The notes beneath the pieces were generated by a model, which was not told the DNA's origin, did not search any database, and saw only the letters and a program-made list of their open reading frames with translations. Below are positions 54,006 to 63,036 of a DNA stretch of 64,000 nucleotides, piece by piece. How positions within the stretch are numbered: the stretch's first letter is position 1; the number at the start of each line of letters is the position of its first letter. The stretch is from Candidatus Obscuribacteraceae bacterium (lineage in GTDB: Bacteria > Cyanobacteriota > Vampirovibrionia > Obscuribacterales > Obscuribacteraceae). Both the position numbers and the translations under genes were made by a program. Location: positions 448,001-512,000 of the forward strand of contig JBGAHS010000001.1 of NCBI GenBank assembly GCA_044226015.1. Direction: 5' to 3'.

Positions 54006-54404
54006 TGACGAGAACGCTGACTTTCCTAGCGAATCAGCTTATCACTCGTTTGTGATATTGTCGGGCTGTCCGTCTCGGATTTTGCGAAGAAGTTGTCATT
54101 TACACTTTTTCGTTTACTAGTATCTGCTGAATGCAAGTTATTCGTGTTTAAGACGAATAAACAAATTTCACTGTGCTGTAACACCGTCAGGGCAAGGGTC
54201 TTCCACCAAAGACAGCTGCATATTCAGACAGTTAGGATCGGTGCTAATACGTGGTTTCCCCCCAAGCGGCACAAAAATTCCACAAATGAAACTTACTCTA
54301 ATCTAGCTGGGCTTTGATCGCGGTTGGAATGAATGAGGATTCTTCTTGAATCTGTCTTGTACGGCTTCGTTTGTCTCTACCATCGCTAGGGTAATTTTTC
54401 AAAC

Positions 54405-57400
54405 ATGGGATACAGCTCTTTCCCCGAGAGTGATGATCCTGCTAAGAAATCAACGGCGCAGTTGGAAAATGCAGGGCTTCAGTCACCACTATTAATACCA
54501 GAGCGCAATGACGATGATTGGCGTAAATATTCGCAGGCATCGCAGAAAGCGCAAGATTTCCCTTTGCCTTTGCTTGAGGTCAAAGAAGATTTCCATAAAG
54601 GGATTCCATCCGGATTGCTCAAACTTTATGGCGACCAGAGCTTAGTACCTACATCTTTGCTGTCTGAGGATGCCAAGCCGGGTCGCAAGTCAGTTAGCAG
54701 TTTATCTGAGTTACAACCACCCTGGCTGGAAACATCTACAGCCAGCACATCTGACGCCAGACCGGCAACACCGCCGCCCATAATCGCCAATGCGTCTGGT
54801 TATGTGACGGACGTTGCTTACCCCGATGGCAAGATGCGACACATTGAGCGTGACCCGCAGACTCATGAAGCGACTCTCATTGTGACCGAAGATCGTGAAG
54901 GCAGCACCAAGTTGTCGAAGCAAGGTGGACAGTGGTTTATGGAAGTCCAGGGAATGGCGCTTCCTTTCCCAGGTAAAGTTGAAGTTTCAAAAGATGGCGA
55001 TGTTTCCATGCAGACAACCTCGAATGGCGTCTGGCGTGTGGAAAAGGCTAACGGTGATGTAACTGAAGAGAAGGAGAACGCCGACGGAGCCCGAGTTAGT
55101 TTTGATAGCAATCACAGACTTGCCAAAATTACAAGGCAAGATGGCACTTGTCTCGTTCAGCAAAATGAAAATATAATTGTCGAAGCCAGACCCGGTCGCA
55201 ACCCAATAATCTGGAGCAACAACGGTGGGGTGTGGACTTCTGATGCTGCTGATAGACCGCGCAAGAACCTTTCGCTACGAGATGATGGAACGGTCACATT
55301 TGAAGATCAGTCCGGCATAAAGCACACAGTGAATGGTCGTGGCATAGAAACTTTAGAGGGTGCTGGCTTTGGCAGAATCACACCCGATGCCTCGAATCGT
55401 CCATCTGTGGTTGAGACTGCAGACGGCAAAAGATTGCGTAAGTATGAATACTTTGATGAAAAAGGTAGCGATATAAAATCCGTCACCATCATTGACAGAG
55501 AGAAGAGCTCATCGGTCTCTTACACAAGAGACAGTGCTGACTCTAAGCAATGGAAGAGCGAGCGAGGCTCGTGGTCTGGCGAAATCAAAGTTAGCAGCGA
55601 CGGTGTTCATAGCGTGCGAGCCGCTGGATACAATCAAAATTCCGATTCTAAGTGGACCAGCTATCATCCGGATGGAAGAGAAACGACTGACTCTTTTGCT
55701 AATGATGGAGCACGTTTGTCCTACGATAAGAACAACGTTCTTGTGAGCTATCGCGGACCAGATGGTGTTCGCATCGACAAACTTGATAATCGCGTCACTC
55801 ACTATGACCCTACACACGGTGGCACCGTTACCTGGTCAAAGGGGGCAGATGGTATGTGGACATCTGACTCACCACAGTTTAAGGATGCTCGCAAAGACAT
55901 CAATATCAGCGCAAGTGGTGAATTCTCCTACGTCAACGATAAAGGTGGAAAGGTTCAAGAACATCGCGATGGCAGCAAGCAAATTGTCGATCGAGATGGC
56001 ACCAAATTAGACTTTGATAGAAACGGGGAAATCATCAGAGCAACTAAAGGTAACTTGGAGCGTACTTTCATAAGAGATTCTGCCGGCATAGTGTCCGTTA
56101 GAGATCGTAATTTGAGTTCAAAAGAAGAGAAGTCGATATTCGATCGTCGCCCTGCTGGGCAGGAAAATCGCAGCAAGATCTTCGTTGATCGCAATGGTGA
56201 CCTTAGCTATCAAAATCCTGATGGGTCGGCTGTTATCGAGCGTTCAAACATGTTGCATATCGATCTTGATAAAGATGGTGATATCAAACGTGTTGTTGGT
56301 CCTAAGTCAACTCGTGAGTTTCAGTATGTTGGAGACGGTGACACAAAGTCTCTTGCCTCAATTGTTGATACACGAAAAACTGAAAAAGGTGAGAAGACTG
56401 AATCATGGACTCGTGTTGCAAATCCAGATGGCACTTTGAGCAATGAGTTTAGAGGTGTAGATGACAAAGGCAAGGCACTGAAGTCGCGATATAGTGTTAC
56501 TCCATGTGCCGATGGTGAATATGAATATCGTCTTGCTACAGACAGGCCTGGCGAGAAAATTCATGTTGAGCGTCTGAACAGGCAAACTATCGATGGTATG
56601 CCCGAGGGAATATCCGAAGCCCGCGAACAGCTGATTTCTCAGCTAGAAGGGGTAATGGACAAGAGTCGTCTTGCCCAGAATATTCAGTTCATGAAGAACT
56701 TTGAAAAACGCATGCTCGACCAAACCGAGCTTGAGATCGCTGCTGGTATTAATCCTGCATCAGTAATGAAAGAGATGGAGCGCCAGGTTGTTGACACGTA
56801 TTACAACTGTGCACGCCTTACAGTGGGTCAGGCTCAAAGGCAGTTATATGGGCAGAAAGATCGTATTAGACTCGCTGAAAACTTGCTTTATCTGGCGGCT
56901 GATCCCACAGACATCAAGCAAGGTAACCAGGGCACTTGCTGGTGGGAGTCAAGCTGGAACATCGGTGTGTTCCAACGTAACGCTGGAGCAGGCTCGCGAT
57001 TGATTGCTGACGTTGCATTAACGGGCCAATACACTAGTACTGCAGGCAAGCTCAGGGGTGGAGCACCAAAGACCATAACTGTTCCGTATCGCTACGTAAA
57101 CTTCAGTAACCATGACAGTGGCGGAAGATGGACTCCACAAAACTCACGCAGTAGTAGTGCACGCAGCATGGTTGGCATGATGATGGACCAGATTGGTCCT
57201 CCGTTGTACGGGGCAAGAAGTTGGGGACAAAGCAATGCAGGCGACCACTCAGAAGCACGAAACATTGTTTACATGATCACCGGAAAAGACGAAATTCGTC
57301 ATGGTTCATCAGGACTTGGGCGCCATGAAAAACTTCAGCTGTTGAAGACTGGCGGATGGACTTCATCCGGTGGTGGTCACATGTGGGGCTATTCTATGCA

Positions 57401-57713
57401 CAAGGACAGAGATGGTGGCTGGGTTGTTATTCGAGACGACCAGTACCAGGGCGCCGACCGTGTAATCGCTAGAGTGAGAGACCTGCGAAGTTGGATTACA
57501 GCTGATGTCGCTGCTGACGCCCGCAAGCAATGGCGCGCTTCTAAGCCGCGTCCAGGCGAGTCTATTGATGCTTCCCCGACTTATTCGAGCTTTGCTTCGA
57601 ATAATACGTTTTCTAGCCCAAGACGGGCAGAAGATGAAGCATATGGCAATCGCATGAAGCAGATGCAGATGAATCGCCCGAAATGGACTGCTTCATCTAA
57701 CCGATTCGCTTAA
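54405..57713 (+). CDS. Large beta-repeat protein with a putative C-terminal papain/calpain-like cysteine peptidase domain
   Basis: Same repeats as 51801; extra C-terminal region with IKQGNQGTCW, GGHMWG and VIRDDQ. Confidence 0.7.
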   Translation: MGYSSFPESDDPAKKSTAQLENAGLQSPLLIPERNDDDWRKYSQASQKAQDFPLPLLEVKEDFHKGIPSGLLKLYGDQSLVPTSLLSEDAKPGRKSVSSLSELQPPWLETSTASTSDARPATPPPIIANASGYVTDVAYPDGKMRHIERDPQTHEATLIVTEDREGSTKLSKQGGQWFMEVQGMALPFPGKVEVSKDGDVSMQTTSNGVWRVEKANGDVTEEKENADGARVSFDSNHRLAKITRQDGTCLVQQNENIIVEARPGRNPIIWSNNGGVWTSDAADRPRKNLSLRDDGTVTFEDQSGIKHTVNGRGIETLEGAGFGRITPDASNRPSVVETADGKRLRKYEYFDEKGSDIKSVTIIDREKSSSVSYTRDSADSKQWKSERGSWSGEIKVSSDGVHSVRAAGYNQNSDSKWTSYHPDGRETTDSFANDGARLSYDKNNVLVSYRGPDGVRIDKLDNRVTHYDPTHGGTVTWSKGADGMWTSDSPQFKDARKDINISASGEFSYVNDKGGKVQEHRDGSKQIVDRDGTKLDFDRNGEIIRATKGNLERTFIRDSAGIVSVRDRNLSSKEEKSIFDRRPAGQENRSKIFVDRNGDLSYQNPDGSAVIERSNMLHIDLDKDGDIKRVVGPKSTREFQYVGDGDTKSLASIVDTRKTEKGEKTESWTRVANPDGTLSNEFRGVDDKGKALKSRYSVTPCADGEYEYRLATDRPGEKIHVERLNRQTIDGMPEGISEAREQLISQLEGVMDKSRLAQNIQFMKNFEKRMLDQTELEIAAGINPASVMKEMERQVVDTYYNCARLTVGQAQRQLYGQKDRIRLAENLLYLAADPTDIKQGNQGTCWWESSWNIGVFQRNAGAGSRLIADVALTGQYTSTAGKLRGGAPKTITVPYRYVNFSNHDSGGRWTPQNSRSSSARSMVGMMMDQIGPPLYGARSWGQSNAGDHSEARNIVYMITGKDEIRHGSSGLGRHEKLQLLKTGGWTSSGGGHMWGYSMHKDRDGGWVVIRDDQYQGADRVIARVRDLRSWITADVAADARKQWRASKPRPGESIDASPTYSSFASNNTFSSPRRAEDEAYGNRMKQMQMNRPKWTASSNRFA

Positions 57714-57815
57714 CTGCCTGATCTTTCGCTCAATTCCCTCCTCCTAGATTCACCCTCCAGTCGGCTGGGCATAACTAGAGGGGCGGGGGCGCACCCGCCG
57801 GCGCTGGTTCGGGGC

Positions 57816-59276
57816 ATGGCAGAGAAGGACAAGAGCAAAGACAAAAGCAAGGACCTGATGGTCCTCTCCTGGAAATCGGATGGCGCGCTGCCGCAGTTGT
57901 GTCAGATAATATCTTTGCTTTCGCTTATCACCGTAATCGCTCAGTTCGTTGTGGGCATCATGCTGATTTTTAGCGGCGGACCCAACTGGCCTATTATCAT
58001 TTTTTCGATGGTCACTGCGATTGCTGCAAAGTTGCTTGGAAATGAGTTGAGCACGAAGAAAATCTTTATGACCAAGAACAGAATAATCTTCTCGCTTGCC
58101 TTTTTTATCGAGTTGCGAGGCAAGCTGAGCCGCAAGTGGACTGACATCGGTGCGATAGCATTGCAGGATGAGGAAGCGGAGATGCTTCCTATGGATGACG
58201 AAGAACGGCGGCAGATGGTATTTCACTTCGCCTCTGGTGGGTCGACGCGCGTTGCGCTCAGAGATTTGACAGTTGGAGATCTTGATACTCTTTTCAAAGG
58301 CAGCAAGCGCTGGGGCAGCACTGCTGTAATGGCGCCAGAGCTAATTGAATTGAGAAGGAAATTGGTTGCTGGGCCCAGCCCTACCACCAACCTTTCACTC
58401 ACGACGCTGTGGCATCGTGAGCTTGAATCGCACTTCACCACAAGCACATTTGTACCACTGTCTACTGGCACGACATTGAACAAAAATCGGTTCCGAGTGA
58501 TCTCGCAAATTGGCGCTGGTGGCATGTCAGCGATTTATCTTGCGCGATCTAGCGACAACAAAAAGGTCATTCTGAAAGAGCTTGTCGTTCACAAAACAAG
58601 CGAATCTGGAATGCAAAAAGCAAAAGAGTTATTCCAGAGAGAGAGTGGTTTGCTAGTTAAGCTGAGGCATCCGCAAATTGCGCGCGTGTATGACCATTTC
58701 GTTGAGAACGGTCGTGATTATCTAGTTTTGGAATACATTCCCGGAATGAGTTTGCGTCAACTGGTCGACCTTGAAGGTCCTCGACTTGAGGACAAGGTTC
58801 TTGATTGGGCACAAGCGATCGCTTCCATTCTTCAGTATCTCCACTCACAAACTCCACCCATTATTCACAGAGATGTTAGCCCAGAGAATCTGGTTCTCGG
58901 TGAGGATAACTTGATACATCTCATCGACTTTGGCGCTGCAAATGAGTTTGCTGCCACCGCTACTGGTACGCTCATAGGCAAGCAGTCGTACATTGCACCT
59001 GAACAGTTTCGCGGCAAACCAAAACCTGCAAGTGATATCTACTCACTTGGAGCAACGATGCACTTTCTGCTTACGGGGCAAGATCCTGAAGCTTTGTCTG
59101 TTTCATATCCAAACCAGGTGAATTCGAAAGTGTCGAAAGAGGTTTCCGATTTCATATCCTATCTTACATCTATTGATGTTGTTGAGCGCCCGCAAGCCTG
59201 TGAAGAAGTTATCAAAAAAATCGTATCCCTTCGTGCCACCGATCGCGGTGTCACTGTTTCTCTAGGTAAGAAGTGA
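57816..59276 (+). CDS. Ser/Thr kinase with N-terminal TM helices
   Basis: Two TMs; GAGGMSAIY, VILKE, HRDVSPEN, DFG, GKQSYIAPEQFRGK. Confidence 0.9.
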   Translation: MAEKDKSKDKSKDLMVLSWKSDGALPQLCQIISLLSLITVIAQFVVGIMLIFSGGPNWPIIIFSMVTAIAAKLLGNELSTKKIFMTKNRIIFSLAFFIELRGKLSRKWTDIGAIALQDEEAEMLPMDDEERRQMVFHFASGGSTRVALRDLTVGDLDTLFKGSKRWGSTAVMAPELIELRRKLVAGPSPTTNLSLTTLWHRELESHFTTSTFVPLSTGTTLNKNRFRVISQIGAGGMSAIYLARSSDNKKVILKELVVHKTSESGMQKAKELFQRESGLLVKLRHPQIARVYDHFVENGRDYLVLEYIPGMSLRQLVDLEGPRLEDKVLDWAQAIASILQYLHSQTPPIIHRDVSPENLVLGEDNLIHLIDFGAANEFAATATGTLIGKQSYIAPEQFRGKPKPASDIYSLGATMHFLLTGQDPEALSVSYPNQVNSKVSKEVSDFISYLTSIDVVERPQACEEVIKKIVSLRATDRGVTVSLGKK

Positions 59277-60772
59277 TGAAGGGACCTCTTGATACTTCTC
59301 TGGCATACAAGTACTTCATGTCGTATCGTTTGCTTGATGGACAGCGCTACGATGAGACAGTTGTTCCTTACAGGCCTACGAGAAGTTTTAGAAATCTGGT
59401 CAAGTTGATTGTTCGAAAGCAGAAACATCTGCAACTTTTTTTCTCGATTTTGATTGCTGCAGTATCGATGGCAATGCTTGTTCCCGGCTTCGGTGCCTAT
59501 GCTGGGCTGCTGCTGTCTGTGTTTTTGTTTGCAGCGATCACTCTTCCGCTAATTCCGGTTGTTCAATCATGGAAGCATGCTACACATGTGGGTGTAAGTC
59601 CAAAAGGAATCAGGCTCTATTCACTGCACTGGTATGGAGATAAAGTCTCTAAGCCGATTCCCTGGGAGGAAATATCGGGGCTGACTCTAGGTTGGAGACC
59701 ATCTAATTTTGGGCAGAATGACTGGATTGATATTTGGGGTAACGAGGCTGAGCCCAAAAAGGTCATGAGTTTAGCTCTCGATGGTATCGTAGCTGGTGAG
59801 CCTCGTAAACGTTTTCTTGCCGCGATTAAGCAGTTCGTGGCAGTCCAGCAAATTGACACTCCGCTGCAAGATGCCTTGAACCCGGTAAAGCTAGGAACGC
59901 ACACGCAGATGTGGCTAGATGTTTTGTCTAACAGTCCCAAGCGGCTCATTGAACATCATCTGGACAATGGGCAACTAATTTGTAACGGTCGATATAGAAT
60001 CACCGAGCAACTTGGAATAGGAGGGCAGGCTGTTGCTTATGTAGCGGACCAAATTGATGAGGCAAATAGCAAAACCGTTGTTTTGAAGGAATTTGTATTG
60101 CCCGCCGAAGCAAGTCTTCGAGTGAGTCGCAGAGCCTTTGAAGCAATCGAGCGCGAGTCTGAACTGCTTGCTCAAATTTCACATCCGCGAATTGTAGCTT
60201 TGTTAGATCTTTTCGTGGATGATCATCGCGCCTATATGGTTTTAGAGCGTGTGCCAGGACGCAACTTGCGACAACATGTGCATGAGCGAGGTATTTTCGG
60301 TGAGCCTGATGTGATAGAGCTGGCCCTTCAGATGTGCGATGTGTTGAGGCATTTGCATTCTCTTAAACCACCAGTAATTCATCGCGACTTCACTCCAGAT
60401 AACTTGATTTTTGACCCTGACACCGGAATTAAGCTCATCGATTTTAACGTTGCACAACACTATGAAGCCAGCGCGACTCGAACAGTTGTGGGCAAGCACT
60501 CATATATTCCGCCTGAGCAGTTTAGAGGCAAAGCTTGCCCCCAAAGCGATCTCTATGCTCTTGGTGCAACTATGTTCTATCTCTTAACTGGCGAAGAACC
60601 AGAACCAATTATGGTGGCACATCCGAAAAAATTGCTCCCCATGATTTCGGATAGACTTGATGCAGTTGTAGCGAAATGCACTGCTCAAGACCTTGCGGCG
60701 CGCTATCAAAACAGCGAAGAAATCGCAGCAGATTTGCTTGCATTAAAAGACAAGGGCTTAGCAGCGATCTAA
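59273..60772 (+). CDS. Ser/Thr kinase with N-terminal TM helices
   Basis: Two TMs; GIGGQAVAY, VVLKE, HRDFTPDN, DFN, GKHSYIPPEQFRGK; GTGA overlap with the previous gene. Confidence 0.9.
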   Translation: MMKGPLDTSLAYKYFMSYRLLDGQRYDETVVPYRPTRSFRNLVKLIVRKQKHLQLFFSILIAAVSMAMLVPGFGAYAGLLLSVFLFAAITLPLIPVVQSWKHATHVGVSPKGIRLYSLHWYGDKVSKPIPWEEISGLTLGWRPSNFGQNDWIDIWGNEAEPKKVMSLALDGIVAGEPRKRFLAAIKQFVAVQQIDTPLQDALNPVKLGTHTQMWLDVLSNSPKRLIEHHLDNGQLICNGRYRITEQLGIGGQAVAYVADQIDEANSKTVVLKEFVLPAEASLRVSRRAFEAIERESELLAQISHPRIVALLDLFVDDHRAYMVLERVPGRNLRQHVHERGIFGEPDVIELALQMCDVLRHLHSLKPPVIHRDFTPDNLIFDPDTGIKLIDFNVAQHYEASATRTVVGKHSYIPPEQFRGKACPQSDLYALGATMFYLLTGEEPEPIMVAHPKKLLPMISDRLDAVVAKCTAQDLAARYQNSEEIAADLLALKDKGLAAI

Positions 60773-60884
60773 TCACACACTTTAAGCGCAGCTTGAGTTG
60801 TATCCGTGCGAGGAGATCTTGTCGAATAAATAAATCCGCTCTGCTCACAGGTGGCTTGATAATTCTCCTGACTACCGGAATCTC

Positions 60885-62267
60885 ATGAAATCCCTTGTCA
60901 ATACATATAAACTAGGCTGGTTAGGTTGCCGGAGACGCTCATTGTCAAGTGTCAAGAAAAGAAGGTTGTTCTCGACCGTCTGTGCTGCTGCGTCCGTAGG
61001 GCTTCTGCTCAGCGTGGGCAGTCCTCTGGGTGTGTTGGCTGAGGACGATGTAGACAGTTGGATTCAAGAGTCGGGTGCGCAATCTGCTGCTGCTAAGCCT
61101 TCGGTTAGCGAGGTTTTAGAAAAGAACCGGTCAGCCATGCAAGTGCCCATCGTCGACCACAGCTACGACCAGCTGGGCTCTGGCAAGAAAATTGCCCAAT
61201 CCATTCCTCGAATGCCTGTCTCTGCACCACCTGCGGTGCCACATGCTGCGACTGCTGTTCCGGTTGCCGGAAATTCTGGAACACCTTTACTGAAAGGGCA
61301 AATTACATATTGCATTCCGCGCGGCACACCGTTAAAGCTCAAGCTTGCTACTGTTCCGATGCCTGCTATGAAGATGGACCTTCGTGATGAGGAAGGCAAC
61401 CTGAAGCCAGCGCAAACTGGCGAAGAGATTACAGCCAAAATTACGGAAGACATTTATGTTGACGACAATAAAGTCATTCCTGAAGGAACCATTTTTTACG
61501 GGCGGGTCTCGAAAATTCATGCGCCCCGTCACGTAGGTCGGGAAGGACATCTCGAGATCTCTTTTGACAAGTTAGCTACTCCTGATGGGCGGGTCTTCAA
61601 GTTCGAAGCCGAAGCAAACAACTTCAAGGAGTCGACCAATAAGTCTAAACTCAAGGGGGCTGGACGTCTAGCGGCTCACACTGCAGGCGGTGCTGCTCTC
61701 GGCGCCTTGATCGCATACAAAGCTGTAGGTGGTTGGCAAAACACGGTCGCTATGCACGGCTACAACGTTGCAGGTGGTGCTGCAGTTGGTGCAGTTTGCG
61801 GTCTGGCATACGCTTTGTGGAAGCGTGGACCAAACGCCGTGCTTGAACCTGGTGATGAATTTAATATGTCTATCGATACTGACTTGCTTATTCCGGCGGC
61901 AACTAAGCCTACGGTAAAGCCGCCGCCCGTTTCGATGCCTGGTTTCGAAGTCGCCGTCATCAAGAAAAAAGTGATGAAAGATGACATGGGAATGGGTCTT
62001 CACAAGATCCGAATCGACACTGTTATGGTTAACCATACTAATCGGAAGTTGAGTTCAATCGACCTCTTTCTCGAAGACGATCTCGGTAATCGATTCCCCG
62101 TTTCACCTGATGAGGACGAGGAATCAGAGCAACTCTTTTATTTGAACCCGATCACTCAGCAGCGAATTGTGTGCTCATTTGTCGTGCAGTTTCCCAAACT
62201 AAAACACAAACTGGTCTGGCTCGATCACATTACCCATAAGGTCATTTTCGAGCAGAAGCTTCGTTAG
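60885..62267 (+). CDS. Exported VirB10/TrbI-like protein with a glycine zipper
   Basis: IPRGT, GEEITAKITEDIYVD..VIPEGT..GRV, LEISFDKL, Gly-zipper AGGAALGALI/AGGAAVGAVCG, LEPGDEF. Confidence 0.65.
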   Translation: MKSLVNTYKLGWLGCRRRSLSSVKKRRLFSTVCAAASVGLLLSVGSPLGVLAEDDVDSWIQESGAQSAAAKPSVSEVLEKNRSAMQVPIVDHSYDQLGSGKKIAQSIPRMPVSAPPAVPHAATAVPVAGNSGTPLLKGQITYCIPRGTPLKLKLATVPMPAMKMDLRDEEGNLKPAQTGEEITAKITEDIYVDDNKVIPEGTIFYGRVSKIHAPRHVGREGHLEISFDKLATPDGRVFKFEAEANNFKESTNKSKLKGAGRLAAHTAGGAALGALIAYKAVGGWQNTVAMHGYNVAGGAAVGAVCGLAYALWKRGPNAVLEPGDEFNMSIDTDLLIPAATKPTVKPPPVSMPGFEVAVIKKKVMKDDMGMGLHKIRIDTVMVNHTNRKLSSIDLFLEDDLGNRFPVSPDEDEESEQLFYLNPITQQRIVCSFVVQFPKLKHKLVWLDHITHKVIFEQKLR

Positions 62268-62361
62268 TTCGATTCTGCGGTCGATCAATCAATTGGATCC
62301 CACTCACGCGTTTTGCATCTAACGGGCTGCGAGCTATTTCTTCTACTTATTTTGGAACTCA

Positions 62362-62399
62362 AAAAGCTAGAAAACCCCCCGTTTAAGGGAGGCTCTCTA
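62362..62399 (-). terminator. Rho-independent terminator of the 62453..62689 gene
   Basis: Minus strand TAGAGAGCCTCCC-TTAAAC-GGGGGGTTTTCTA-GCTTTTT. Confidence 0.6.
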
Positions 62400-62452
62400 A
62401 CAGGAGGAAGGCGCAAGTAAAGCTTTCGTTCTCTATTGCTGTGCCGTGCGTT

Positions 62453-62689
62453 TTACGCGATTTGCAATTGAACGTCGTAGTTGATTCGGACAGATTCGTA
62501 CTCAACGCGGATTGATACTGTGTTTCCAGTGCTGAATTCCAGTCTCACTCTTCCGAGGCTGCTGCCACCGTATTCTTTCCAATGTTTTGGAACTGATACT
62601 ATTACCGCTTCGGGTCCCCATTCTTCAACATATGCCTTGAGTACTTGGCACAGTTTTTCTTCGTCATTGGGATCTTGAAACATGCTCAT
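62453..62689 (-). CDS. Small hypothetical protein (78 aa)
   Basis: TAAGGCGG RBS-like sequence, own terminator, globular-looking composition. Confidence 0.6.
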   Translation of the reverse strand: MSMFQDPNDEEKLCQVLKAYVEEWGPEAVIVSVPKHWKEYGGSSLGRVRLEFSTGNTVSIRVEYESVRINYDVQLQIA

Positions 62690-62966
62690 TGTGTCGTGCC
62701 GCCTTATTTAGTGGAGAAGTCCGTTTCCAACCTTGTGAACACAGTCTAAGCTTTCCACTCGACATCGCCAATTGGGGAATTTCCCATGGCACTCGTAAAA
62801 GTCCCATGAGGACTGTCTAAAAACTGGAACTGACATTTGGCTTACGTTTTGGGAGTAATGTCTACTTTTGGGCACGGGACAATTAGCCCTTGACATTTTT
62901 TGCGGAAGTCCGCAATCCCAGGAAAAAAGTCCCCGAAACCATTGGTTTGTCGTTGTGCAAATGAAA

Positions 62967-62995
62967 GGGTTCTCGCTCTATTGAAACGAGAACCC
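62967..62995 (-). terminator. Hairpin terminator after the 63037 gene
   Basis: GGGTTCTCG ... CGAGAACCC inverted repeat. Confidence 0.55.
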
Positions 62996-63036
62996 CCTTA
63001 TTAATTCGTTCAGCTCAGCAAAGTTTGTTTGACTTG

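Noticed and set aside
54006..54404. SAM or other riboswitch (GGTGCTAAT fragment)
   Set aside because: Remaining conserved elements could not be found; an Rfam scan would be needed
51801..57713. Classical RHS/YD toxin with immunity gene
   Set aside because: No regular YD repeats, no DPxG core end, no small downstream immunity ORF
39123..58822. HIP1 octamer GCGATCGC
   Set aside because: Only about three copies noticed in 64 kb; not the strong enrichment of many oxygenic cyanobacteria
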